Positions 35,854 through 45,374 of a stretch of DNA of 64,000 nt are shown here, piece after piece. Made by a program: the position numbers and the translations under genes. The stretch spans positions 161,224 through 225,223 of the forward strand of contig CAWFJJ010000001.1 in NCBI GenBank assembly GCA_963816185.1, written 5' to 3'. This stretch comes from Thermoanaerobaculia bacterium (GTDB lineage: Bacteria; Acidobacteriota; Thermoanaerobaculia; UBA5066). Below the pieces are notes generated by a model. It ran no database searches and was not told the origin of the DNA. It was given only the letters and a program-made list of their open reading frames with translations. Position 1 is the stretch's first letter; each line of letters starts with the position of its first letter.

Positions 35854-38800
35854 ATGCCCCATGTGACCCGCACTCGTCGCCACGATCGTTCTCGCGCGTC
35901 CCTTTTCGTGGCAGGCCCCGCCGCCATGGGACTTCTCCTGGTTCTTGCAACGCTTCCTTCGCGCCTGGAGGGTCAGTGCACGCTGTCGGGCTCGCCGGCT
36001 GCGTTCGAACCGAATCCACCCGGCGTCACGCGGCCCGGAACCCTGAGTAGCGGATTCAACAACAGCCTCGTGCTCTATCAGCCGGCGGCAGCGGTCCGTA
36101 TCGGCTCCTCATGCAGGAGTCGTTCGGCTACTCGGTCCTCGATCTCACGACACCGACGAATCCGACCGCGCTCACGTACCACGACATCCGGTTTCCGTTA
36201 GGCGGCCCCAACAGCGTGCGCGCAAGCCGGCGACGGGCAGAATCTCGTTCAGACGATCGCCGTGTCTCCGGACGGGGTGCGCGGGGCCTTCTCGATGACG
36301 GGGCTGTCGGCGACGATCCAGACGGCCGTCGGAACTCCCAGCGGCGGAGGCGGCTTTACCCTCTGGGGGGATTTCTATCCCAAGCGTTCGAACAGCACGC
36401 TCGTCCAGCACATCGGCACACGTTACATCGCGTACGACATCCACCCGAACGTCGTGACGGCCTCGGACGTCAGCTCGTTACCGGGGGGCTCTCTCCAGCC
36501 CAACAACCTCTCGTACGAGATCACGACGTGGCCGGGCGGAGGCCGCGCGGTCCTGGCCGGGAACTACATTCTCTACCAGATCACCGGCGCCATCCGGGTC
36601 ATCGATGCGTCCCTTCCGGGACCCGTCGGAAACATCACGGCCTCTTACCCGCAGACGTCCATCACGAACGCCGATTTTCCCGGCGGCCGCACGATCGCGA
36701 ACTTCACGGCGGCCGTCGATCCGGCCGACGCGACGAAGCTCTGGGTCCTCGTGGAGCTGAGCGCGCTGGCCGGCGAGAACTCGCCCAGCTACGGGCTTCT
36801 CTCCGTCACGAAGAGCGGCCTCGGAAAGGTCTCGGCGGGCCCGACCTGGCGAGTCCCGTCGCAGACGGGCGACGTGTGGCTGCCCGTGGGGATGAGCTCG
36901 GCTCTCGTTGCGAACGGCACCGACCTGTTCGTCCTGATGTGGGCGGAGAGCCAGCTCCCGACGAACCAGTTCCTCCTCTATTCGACGACGGCGGGAGCAT
37001 GGGGGAGCGTGGCTCCGAGCTCATTTCCCGTGAGCGGCACGACGTTCGCGCTCCCGGGGAGGACGGCGGGCTTCGGGGTCGCGGGGACCAGCTCCGTCTA
37101 CTTGTACGTGCCCACGACGGTGTCCGCATACGTGATCCCGATGTCCTGCGTTTCCGTAAACGCGCCCGCGGTCGCATCGATGACCGTCGCCAACCAGGCG
37201 GGCGCAGCTCTCAACAACGGCGACACCGTGTTCCTGGGCGACCGGATCACGATCACTCCGTCGATCAACCCGCCGCCGTCGACCCAGCCCCTGACGGGAT
37301 TCGGCTGGAACTTCGACCTCGACTTTCACGCGGGCGCCGCGTCCGAAGACAACGGCGCCACCGCGTCGCCACGCCTCCATGCGCCGGACAACACCCTGGG
37401 GGTGTTCGGCGTCAGCCAGCAGGCTCCTCTCCCCGCGACCATCTTCGGCCCTTGTGATCCTCAGGTGGGCGGCGTGACCGTGAGTAGCGGCGCCGGCTGC
37501 TGGACCTCGGTCACGACGAACGGCGCGTTCGCCGGCGGCACGGCGGATTTCAACGCGCAAAGTCCGGTCGCGAAGGCCCTCACCTTCGCATTCGAGGCGA
37601 ACAACGTCCTCGGCAGTGCGGGCTCGAAGCTTTTCACGCTGAACTGGGCGATCCCTACGGCGAAGCTCCAGACGACGCAGGTCCTGTCCGGCAGTCCGCT
37701 CGTGAGCGCCTCCGACGGCCACCCGATGGCCACAGGCTTCAAGTGGTATTTCGGCGCGACTTCGGGGGCCCTGACGCAGGCGGCATGTGCCGGCCCGACG
37801 TGCGTGCCGACGTTCGACACGACGGGCACCTACAACTACTGGCTCACGGCGACGTACGCGAACGGGTACGTGACGCCGGACTGCCCGGGCGCTCCGAACT
37901 GCACGGCCGCGATGGGGACGTACACCATCACCGACTTCGCGCCGGCGTTCACCGTGAACGGCAGCACGAGCGGCCCGATCACGGGGGTCATCAACCAGAA
38001 CTTGAACGTGACGAACAGCTCGCAGCGCGGCCAGACCGTGACCGCCGCGGGAGGTTTCTATTACAGCCTCTGCAAGGTTCCCTGTACGGGCGGGGACCAA
38101 TACGTGCTCTGGGGCACGATGGGCGATGCCCCGCCGAGCGGCTCGCCTCCGTATGGTCCGGCGACGATTCCGATCCCGGCCGACGGCCGGGACCTACGCC
38201 CTCAAGATCAGGGTGAATTACACGAACCCGACCGGGACGGCGTTCTGGCCGGATCCGGCAGGCGTCTCCTACTTCACCGTGAACGTCGTGGACGTGACCC
38301 CGCTCGTCGTGACCGAGTCCGTGAACCCTGCGAGCGCGTCCGTCGGCCAGAACGTGACGTTCTCGTGCAACGCGAGCGGCGGCCTCACGCCCTATTCGTA
38401 CCAGTGGCGAAACCCGATCTCGTTCGTCATCCCTGGCGCAACGGGGCCGACGTACACGACCACGTCGACCGTCGCGGGGGGCGTCACGGCCTACTGCTTC
38501 GTCACGGACAGCCAGCAGCCGGTTCCCGCCTCGAGCAGCGCGAGCGCGACCGCGACGTTCACCGGAGGAGGAGGCGGAGGGGGAGGCGGCGGCGGCAATC
38601 TCTCCGTATACGTCTCGGCGAGTCCAAACCCCGGCGCGGTCGGCCAGCCGGTCACGTTCTCGTGCGGCGCCTCCGGCGGGACGGCTCCCTACTCGTACGT
38701 GTGGCGTTCGCCGGCCACGAGCGCGTTCCAGATCCCGGGAGCGACTTCGTCGAGCTACACGACGTCGTCGTCGGTCGTCGGGAGCCTCTCGGCGGGATGC

Positions 38801-40966
38801 ACCGTCACGGACAACGCCGGCGCGCAGAGCACCAACTCGACTACCGTCGCGATCAACGCTCCGGCCGGTCCGCCCGCCGTGTGCGTGGACGCGAACTTCA
38901 CGGTTCTCGACCGGGGAACCGCCCCCTGGGCCCAGATCCCGTCTTCCTCGGCGCTCGGGATTCAGTACTTCGCGGTGGAAACCGGACAGAAGCTCGCCCT
39001 GGTGGCTTCCGGCACCGGCCTGGCGAGCGCGGACTGGACGTTCGGAAACGGCGACACCGCGAGCGGCAATCCGGTGTGGTATTCGTACGCGACCGCCGGG
39101 ACGTTCAACACGACCCTCACCCTGAACTCGGCAACGGCGGGAACGGCCTGCACGAGGTCCTACAAGTTCATCGTCGCGGGCCCCTCGGGCCTCTTCACGG
39201 CGTACTACGCGGACAGCTCGCAGTTCACCTCGACGCAGGTGCAATCCGGGAAGGAGCTGACTTTCCTGGCCACGGACTCGGCCGACAGCTACGCGTGGGA
39301 CTTCGGCGACGGCACCACGGCGACCGGGAAGAGCGTGACGCACGCGTTCCACGTCAGCGGCGGGACGAGCGTCACGTTCACGACGACCCTCACCGTGACG
39401 ATCGGCTCGCAGAACTTGACGACGACGCAGAACTTCACCGTCATTCCGCCGCCCGAGCCGCCGAAGTGGTTCGTCGCGGGCATGGCGTACCTCCAGGGCT
39501 CGCTCGGGGACACGCTCTGGCAGACGGACGTCACCCTTTTCAACCCCGACCCGACCCGTCCGGGTACGTATTCACTCGCCTTCCTCGACGGAAGATCCCC
39601 CGTCGATCCGGCCAACCTCGTCTGGAAGACGATCAATCTCGGCGCGCAGCAGAGCATCTCGTCGCCGAACATCCTGGCCTTCTTCGGGCAGCCGCTCGGA
39701 AGCTACGGAGCCCTTCTCGTGCGGGGCGACTCGGCTCCCGTACCGCCCGTTCTGACGGCGCGTACGTTCAACAGCGGCGACCCCACGAAAGGGACGTTCG
39801 GTCTGTCCGTGCCGTCCACGCAGCCGTCCAGCGGCCTGACGCCTCAGGCCGCGCTCGCGCAGCAGTTCCTCATCGGCCTGCGTGACGACGACACGGCTTA
39901 CACGAACATCGGCCTCATGAACGTCACGACCGACTGGAGCCACGCGCGGCTCGAGTTCACGGATCGCAGCGGAGCCACGAGCTTCGGCAATGTGAACGTG
40001 GACGTGCCGCCGTACGGCGTCGCGCAGCTCTCGCGCCCGCTCTTCGCGGCTCCGCCCAACGGCGTGGGGTTCACGGATGCGCTGGACGAATTCAGCGTCA
40101 AGGTGTCGGTCCTCTCCGGCGGCGCGGTCTTCCCCTACGCGACCGTCATCGACCGCCGGTCGACGGACTCGATCGTCGTGACCGCGTCCGACCGGCCCTC
40201 GCCCACGTCTCGCATGCCCGGCATCATTCGCCTGCAGGGCGCGAACAACACCACGTGGCGGAGCCGTTTCTACATCACGAACCCGTCGACGACGTCCCGT
40301 AAGGCGTCGATCTCCTACTCCTTCATTCCCTGCGACGCGACCGGCTTCTGCAGGGGCCGCGTCACGGGCCTGCAGGCCGACGTGACGATGCTGCCTGGCG
40401 AGACGCTCTGGGCCGACGACTTCCCGAAAGTGTGGCTGGCCGGCTTCGGGTTCGACGTCTCCGACACCACGTCCTACGCGTCCTCGTACGTCGACGTCTC
40501 TCCTTCCCCCGACGACCCGAACCAGGATCCGCTGCTCGTCCTCGGCCAGACGTACAACGACCAGCCGAACGGCCCCGTGGGCCTTCAGGTGCCGGGCTTC
40601 ACCGACGCGGACACCGCTTCGAAGAACGGCGCTTACAAGCGCCTCCTCCTCGCGGGCCTGATCTCGAACGCCTCGTACCGCACGAACGTCGCGGTGTTCC
40701 TCCAGAGAGGCACGTCGGGAAAGTGCACGTTGCACGTGCTGTCCGACACCGGCGTCGAGCTGGGCCACCAGGACATCGGATTCGGCGGCACGAACACGTT
40801 CGTCCAGATCAACGACTCCGCGCTCTTCGGATCGATCTCCGGCAACAAGGACCGGCTCACGATCGTGATCGACTCGTTCGACGGCTCGCCCATCTCGGCG
40901 TACGCGACCGTCGTCGACAATACCTCGGGCGACGCGACGTTCCTGAAGGCCCAACCGGCCCCCTGA
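35854..40966 (+). CDS. Giant secreted Ser/Thr/Gly-rich surface protein (~1700 aa) with PKD-like repeats and a poly-Gly11 tract. It is broken by at least 3 apparent frameshifts.
   Basis: Signal peptide in ORF 35854..36201. The protein continues in frame 0 (36111..), frame 1 (36262..) and frame 2 (38126..40966). Each junction gives a continuous sensible protein. PKD signatures: WDFGDGTTATGKSVTHAF and TFSCNASGGLTPYSYQWR/TFSCGASGGTAPYSYVWR. The junction at ~38190 (ggccgggacc) fits one extra G. Confidence 0.55.
38564..38596 (+). repeat. (GGN)11 simple repeat encoding Gly11
   Basis: The run ggaggaggaggcggagggggaggcggcggcggc lies inside the giant protein gene. Confidence 0.8.
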
Positions 40967-40989
40967 CGATCGCCGAGACCACCGTTCCA

Positions 40990-41026
40990 GAATGCCCGGG
41001 CCCGAAGCCCGGGCATTCTTTCTTCC
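40990..41026 (+). terminator. Rho-independent terminator
   Basis: 12-bp stem gaatgcccgggc-ccgaa-gcccgggcattc followed by tttcttcc, directly after the giant gene stop. Confidence 0.6.
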
Positions 41027-41074
41027 AGGGAGCGCTTTCGTCCCGCGGAGGCTTCGGGCAACATCGAGACTCCG

Positions 41075-42271
41075 ATGCCCTCTCTCCCTTATTCGTTCTC
41101 GAACCTGAGCAAGGTCTACCGCCTCTACTCGGCTCCGCGCGACCGCCTTCTCGAAGCGCTGACCGGCCGCCCGCGACACGCCGAGGTCCACGCGCTCTCG
41201 GACGTTTCCGGGGGCATCGACCGGGGCGCGGTCCTCGGCGTCATCGGCGAGAACGGCTCGGGCAAGAGCACGCTCTTCAAGATCCTTGCGGGAACCACGG
41301 CCGCGACGTCGGGCAGCGTGAGCCTGCCGGGGCGGGTGGCGTCGATCCTCGAGCTGGGGGGGGCCTTCCATCCGGAGGACACGGGCCGGCGCAACGTGAT
41401 CCTGCAGGCCGCCCTCGCGGGGCTCTCGCGCGAGGAGGTCTCCGCGGCTTTGCCGGAGATCGAGGCGTTCGCCGAGCTCGGCGATTTTTTCAACCGGCCC
41501 GTCAAGACGTACTCCTCGGGCATGCAGATGCGGCTCGCGTTCTCGGTCGCGACCGCGGTTCTGCCCGACGTGATCCTGCTCGACGAAGCGCTCGCCGTGG
41601 GCGACGGCCGTTTCCAGAAGAAGTGCGTCGACCGCATTTTCGAGCTCAAGGCCGCGGGCAAGACGATCTTCTTCTGCAGCCACGCCATGTACTACGTGTC
41701 GACGCTGTGCGACCGCGCGCTCTGGCTGAACGCGGGCCGCGTGGAGGCCGCGGGCGACGCGCAGAGCGTCGTTCTGGAGTATGAGAAGTTCCTCGCGCGG
41801 AAGGACGCCGCCGTGCCCCATCAACCCCGCCCGCCCGCGGATTCGCACGGACACATCACGGGCCTTTCCTTCGTCGGCGCCGACGGGATCGACACGGAAG
41901 AATTCCGTCCGAACGAGCCGTGGGTCGCCGAGGTCTCGTTCGAGGGCGACACACCCGAACGGCTCATGCACGTTCATCTGGGCGTCGCGACGCTCGATGG
42001 TGTCGTGTGCTTTACGGCCGACTCTCGTCTCGATGGCGCGGGACCCTTCGGAGGACGAACCCGGCACCGGATCCGCATCGCCCTCGAGAAATTGCCTCTC
42101 GGGAAAGGAGAGTTCGTCGCGAACGTCTTCCTTGGCGACGAGAAAGCTCTCGCGCTCTACGACTCGCGGAGCCGCACGTTCCGCGTGGAATCCGAGACTT
42201 GGCGGAACGGTCTGATGAGCCCGCCGCTCACGTGGAAGACGATTCCCGCGCGGGGCGACGGCCCCGGATGA
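41075..42271 (+). CDS. wzt: Polysaccharide ABC transporter ATP-binding protein Wzt with a C-terminal extension (putative carbohydrate-binding domain)
   Basis: 398 aa. Walker A GENGSGKST, signature YSSGMQMRL, Walker B ILLDEA. About 150 aa lie beyond the NBD (GHITGLSFVGADG ... ). This resembles the Wzt C-terminal O-antigen-binding domain. Confidence 0.85.
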   Translation: MPSLPYSFSNLSKVYRLYSAPRDRLLEALTGRPRHAEVHALSDVSGGIDRGAVLGVIGENGSGKSTLFKILAGTTAATSGSVSLPGRVASILELGGAFHPEDTGRRNVILQAALAGLSREEVSAALPEIEAFAELGDFFNRPVKTYSSGMQMRLAFSVATAVLPDVILLDEALAVGDGRFQKKCVDRIFELKAAGKTIFFCSHAMYYVSTLCDRALWLNAGRVEAAGDAQSVVLEYEKFLARKDAAVPHQPRPPADSHGHITGLSFVGADGIDTEEFRPNEPWVAEVSFEGDTPERLMHVHLGVATLDGVVCFTADSRLDGAGPFGGRTRHRIRIALEKLPLGKGEFVANVFLGDEKALALYDSRSRTFRVESETWRNGLMSPPLTWKTIPARGDGPG

Positions 42272-43275
42272 GGATCGCGTACATCCTCGAGTCCCTCGAG
42301 CTGTCAGGCGGCGTCAAAGTCGTCGTCGCGCACGCCGAAGGACTCGCAGCCCGGGGACACGACGTCTCGATCGTGACGAGGGACGCACGGCATGACTGGC
42401 TCGAGATCCGGGTGCCGATCGTGGCCGTTCAGCATTTCGGCCCCGAGACGCTGCCCGAAGCCGATGTCCACGTCGCGACATGGTTCCCGACGGTCCTCCC
42501 CGTCGTCAACGCGCACCGCGCCGCGCAGGTCTTTCATTTCTGCCAGGGCTACGAGGCGCCCCATCCGCACACCGTTCACCGGCTTGCGGAGATCGAAGAG
42601 GCCTATCGGCAGGGGATTCCGAAGCTGCTCGTCTCAGCGCACCTTCTCCCGCTTCTCGAAGGGCGTTATCCGGGGCCCTTCCACGTCCTGCCGCAGGCGA
42701 TTTCGGCGCGGGACTTCGCGCCGCCCGATCCCGAGCGCACCCGGCCGCGGCGCCCCTCGGTCCTCGGCGTCGTCGGCCCGTTCGAGGCTCCTCTGAAGGG
42801 GATCGGCTTCGCGCTCCGTGCGGCCCTCAGGCTCCGCGAGGGAGGCCGCGACGTGCACCTTCACCGTGCGAGCGCCCTGCCGCTCACCGAGGCCGAGCGG
42901 GACCTGTGCGCGCCCGACGCGTATTCCCACGCGCTTCCCGCGGCGGCGATGCCGGCGTGGTACCACGGCCTCGACGTCCTCCTGTATCCCTCTTTCGACG
43001 CCGAGGGCTTCGGGCTTCCGCCGCTCGAGGCGATGGCCTCGGGGGTCCCGGCCGTCATCTCCGACATCCCGTCGCTCGTCGTCCTGCCGCCTGACGCGGT
43101 CTCCCGCGTCTCGGCCGGCGATTTCGCGGCGATGTCGCGGGAGGCAGCCGGCCTCCTCGACGACCCGGCGTTGTGGGCCGAGCGGCGCGCCCGGGGTCTC
43201 GAGGTCGCCCGGACGTTCACGATCGACCGCGTCCTCGACCGGCTCGAGGAAATCTTCTGTCAGAAGACGTCGTGA
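42268..43275 (+). CDS. Glycosyltransferase family 4 (GT-B)
   Basis: 335 aa. ATGA overlap with wzt. The C-terminal motif EGFGLPPLEAMASGVPAV is typical of GT4. Confidence 0.8.
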   Translation: MRIAYILESLELSGGVKVVVAHAEGLAARGHDVSIVTRDARHDWLEIRVPIVAVQHFGPETLPEADVHVATWFPTVLPVVNAHRAAQVFHFCQGYEAPHPHTVHRLAEIEEAYRQGIPKLLVSAHLLPLLEGRYPGPFHVLPQAISARDFAPPDPERTRPRRPSVLGVVGPFEAPLKGIGFALRAALRLREGGRDVHLHRASALPLTEAERDLCAPDAYSHALPAAAMPAWYHGLDVLLYPSFDAEGFGLPPLEAMASGVPAVISDIPSLVVLPPDAVSRVSAGDFAAMSREAAGLLDDPALWAERRARGLEVARTFTIDRVLDRLEEIFCQKTS

Positions 43276-44222
43276 TCGAGAAACCGGTAGTCGAAGGTGG
43301 GCGCGGCGCGCACGAGATCGAACGCGGGATGGAACGGGCGCACCGTGAAATGCGTATCGCTGACCGCCGGCGCGAAGCCCAGCTCGGCCGCGCGGGCGGC
43401 GAGACCGCTCTTCGAGCCCGCGCGCAGGACCAGCGTCCGCGCCCCGGTTCCCGCGAGCGCCTCCACGATCGTGTCGAGAAGGTCCGCCACGGCGCCGCCA
43501 TCTTCGTCCGCGGCCTGAAGATCGACGAGGAGGGCGCGGTCGGCGACGGTCCGAAGGGCGGCGTACGCCGTCGAATGGCCCCGCCCGTCGAGGAGCTCGT
43601 GAACGTCGTACGAGACGCCCGGGCGCGCGAAGCGCCAGTCGAGCGTGGAGCGCGAGCGGTCGGTGCGCCAGCCTGCTCGGGCGTGGAGCTCCTCGGCGAG
43701 CGCGTCATGAGCCTTCGAGACGACCGGGCCGCGGCGATGCCGCAGCCGGCGCCGCCTCAGGCGCGCGAGGAAGCCGGAGCTGCCGATGGCGCGCGTCCAT
43801 TCCGCAGCAGGCTCGACAGAGATGTATTCGAGCATCCGCTCGCCCGCGAGGAGGTGCCGGTCGTTCGGGAACCCGAGGACGAACGGGGCACCCGCCGCGC
43901 CGTTCCGGTCGAAGAACTCCAGGGCGACGCGCTGAAAAAGCACGCGGCGTCCGAGCGCGCGGGACGACGGCGCGGTCATCACGTCTACCGCGGAGAGCCC
44001 GGGGAGATTGCCCTCGCGTCCGCGGTAGCGCGTCCCGAGGCCTCCGAAGAACCCGACCGCTTTCTCTCCGTCGAATGCGCCGACGGACACCGCAGAGTGC
44101 GGGCAGCGGTCGTATTTCCACGCCCAGTCTTCCGGCGAGGCCTCGGCCCCGAACGCCGCGCGAAAGAGCTCGAGAAGAGCCGGCCGGTCGGCGGGCGTCG
44201 CAGGTCGCACCTTGACGTGCAT
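43260..44222 (-). CDS. GNAT-like acyltransferase (Acetyltransf_6/FemAB-like)
   Basis: 320 aa. N-terminal ATPADRPALLELFRAAFG. Weak GNAT-fold similarity only. Confidence 0.5.
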   Translation of the reverse strand: MHVKVRPATPADRPALLELFRAAFGAEASPEDWAWKYDRCPHSAVSVGAFDGEKAVGFFGGLGTRYRGREGNLPGLSAVDVMTAPSSRALGRRVLFQRVALEFFDRNGAAGAPFVLGFPNDRHLLAGERMLEYISVEPAAEWTRAIGSSGFLARLRRRRLRHRRGPVVSKAHDALAEELHARAGWRTDRSRSTLDWRFARPGVSYDVHELLDGRGHSTAYAALRTVADRALLVDLQAADEDGGAVADLLDTIVEALAGTGARTLVLRAGSKSGLAARAAELGFAPAVSDTHFTVRPFHPAFDLVRAAPTFDYRFLDHDVF

Positions 44223-44239
44223 CGGCCCGAAAATACCTC

Positions 44240-45301
44240 ATGCCCCTGATTTCCGCCGTCCTCGTGAGCTATCGGTCCGCGGGCCTGGCCGTGCGCGCGA
44301 TCGAGAGCCTGCGCAGTGACGCGGCGAAAGCGAACCTCGCGCTCGAGACGATCGCCGTCGTGAACTCGGGCGACCCGGAGGAAGCGCGCGCTCTCGCCTC
44401 GGCCGCCGATCGCGTCGTCGATCCCGGCCGCAACCTCGGCTTCGCGGGCGGCCTCAACGCCGGGATCTCTGTCGCGCGCGGGGAGATCCTCGTCCTCGCG
44501 AATCCCGACGTCGTCGTCGGCGCGGGGACGCTCGAGGCGCTCTCGGCCGAGGTGCTCGGCTCCTTCGTCGCGGCGGGTCCGGCGCTCTTCCTCGACGAAG
44601 CCGAGACGCTCCACCTGCCGCCCGCCGAGGAGCCGCACCCGTTCGAGCTCGCGCGCCGCCGGCTCCGAGGAGCCGACTGTCAGGCAGCGTTCCGGCGGCG
44701 GTACCGGCGCGCACGGGGCGCGGCCGAAGCGGCGGAGAGAAACGAGACTCGCCTCACGACGGCCCTTTCGGGGGCGTTCATCGCGGTGTCTCGGCGGACG
44801 CTCGAGCGCGTCGGTGCTTTCGATGAGGGCTACGCACTCTACTTCGAGGAGAACGACTGGCAGCGGCGCCTGAGGAAGACCGGAGGCCGGCTGTCGCGCG
44901 TCGGCGCCGCGCGCGTCGTCCATCGGTACAACCAGAGCGCCCGGCTCGAGCCGCGCGCCGCAGCCTGGTTCGCGGCGTCCGAACGCCGCTATTTCGAGAC
45001 GTATTTCGGCGTGCGGGGCTCACGCGCGCTCGACGCTCTCGCGGCCACGCCGTCGCGGGCTGCTGACGCTCCCGTTCCGGCGCCTCTCGCGAACGGCATC
45101 CTTCTCTTCGACGCGCCGTCCGCCGCCATCGCGCTTTCGCCGGTATCGGACTTCGGTGCGTTCGCGCTCGATCCGTGCGCCTCGGGCGGCTCCTGGCGTC
45201 CGCCGGAAAACGTCAGGCGAGGCTTCGGCGGCGCCACGTGGTTCGTGCGGGCCGTGGACCTCGAGACGGGCCGCATCCTGTCCGAAGGTACTCTCTCCTG
45301 A
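44240..45301 (+). CDS. Glycosyltransferase family 2
   Basis: N-terminal VLVSYRS ... IAVVNSGD. GT-A DxD-type region NPDVVV. It also has GAFIAVSRRTLERVGAFDE. Confidence 0.8.
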   Translation: MPLISAVLVSYRSAGLAVRAIESLRSDAAKANLALETIAVVNSGDPEEARALASAADRVVDPGRNLGFAGGLNAGISVARGEILVLANPDVVVGAGTLEALSAEVLGSFVAAGPALFLDEAETLHLPPAEEPHPFELARRRLRGADCQAAFRRRYRRARGAAEAAERNETRLTTALSGAFIAVSRRTLERVGAFDEGYALYFEENDWQRRLRKTGGRLSRVGAARVVHRYNQSARLEPRAAAWFAASERRYFETYFGVRGSRALDALAATPSRAADAPVPAPLANGILLFDAPSAAIALSPVSDFGAFALDPCASGGSWRPPENVRRGFGGATWFVRAVDLETGRILSEGTLS

Positions 45302-45374
45302 TGCTCCGGCGCTTCTCGAGCGGTGAAGGGGGAAGGGGGAAACACGTCCGTGTTTCCCCCATCACTCACAGCTG

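Noticed and set aside
31894-40966. Cell-wall or OM sorting signals (LPXTG, PEP-CTERM, autotransporter/T9SS C-terminal domain) on the large secreted proteins
   Set aside because: The C-termini LRVFRGLPK, NFQTPSNGF and ATFLKAQPAP match none of these. The secretion or anchoring route remains unknown. The first protein has a lipobox.
39572-42067. 831-aa ORF on the - strand
   Set aside because: It is antisense to the giant PKD protein gene and wzt. It is Arg/Asp-rich with no domains.
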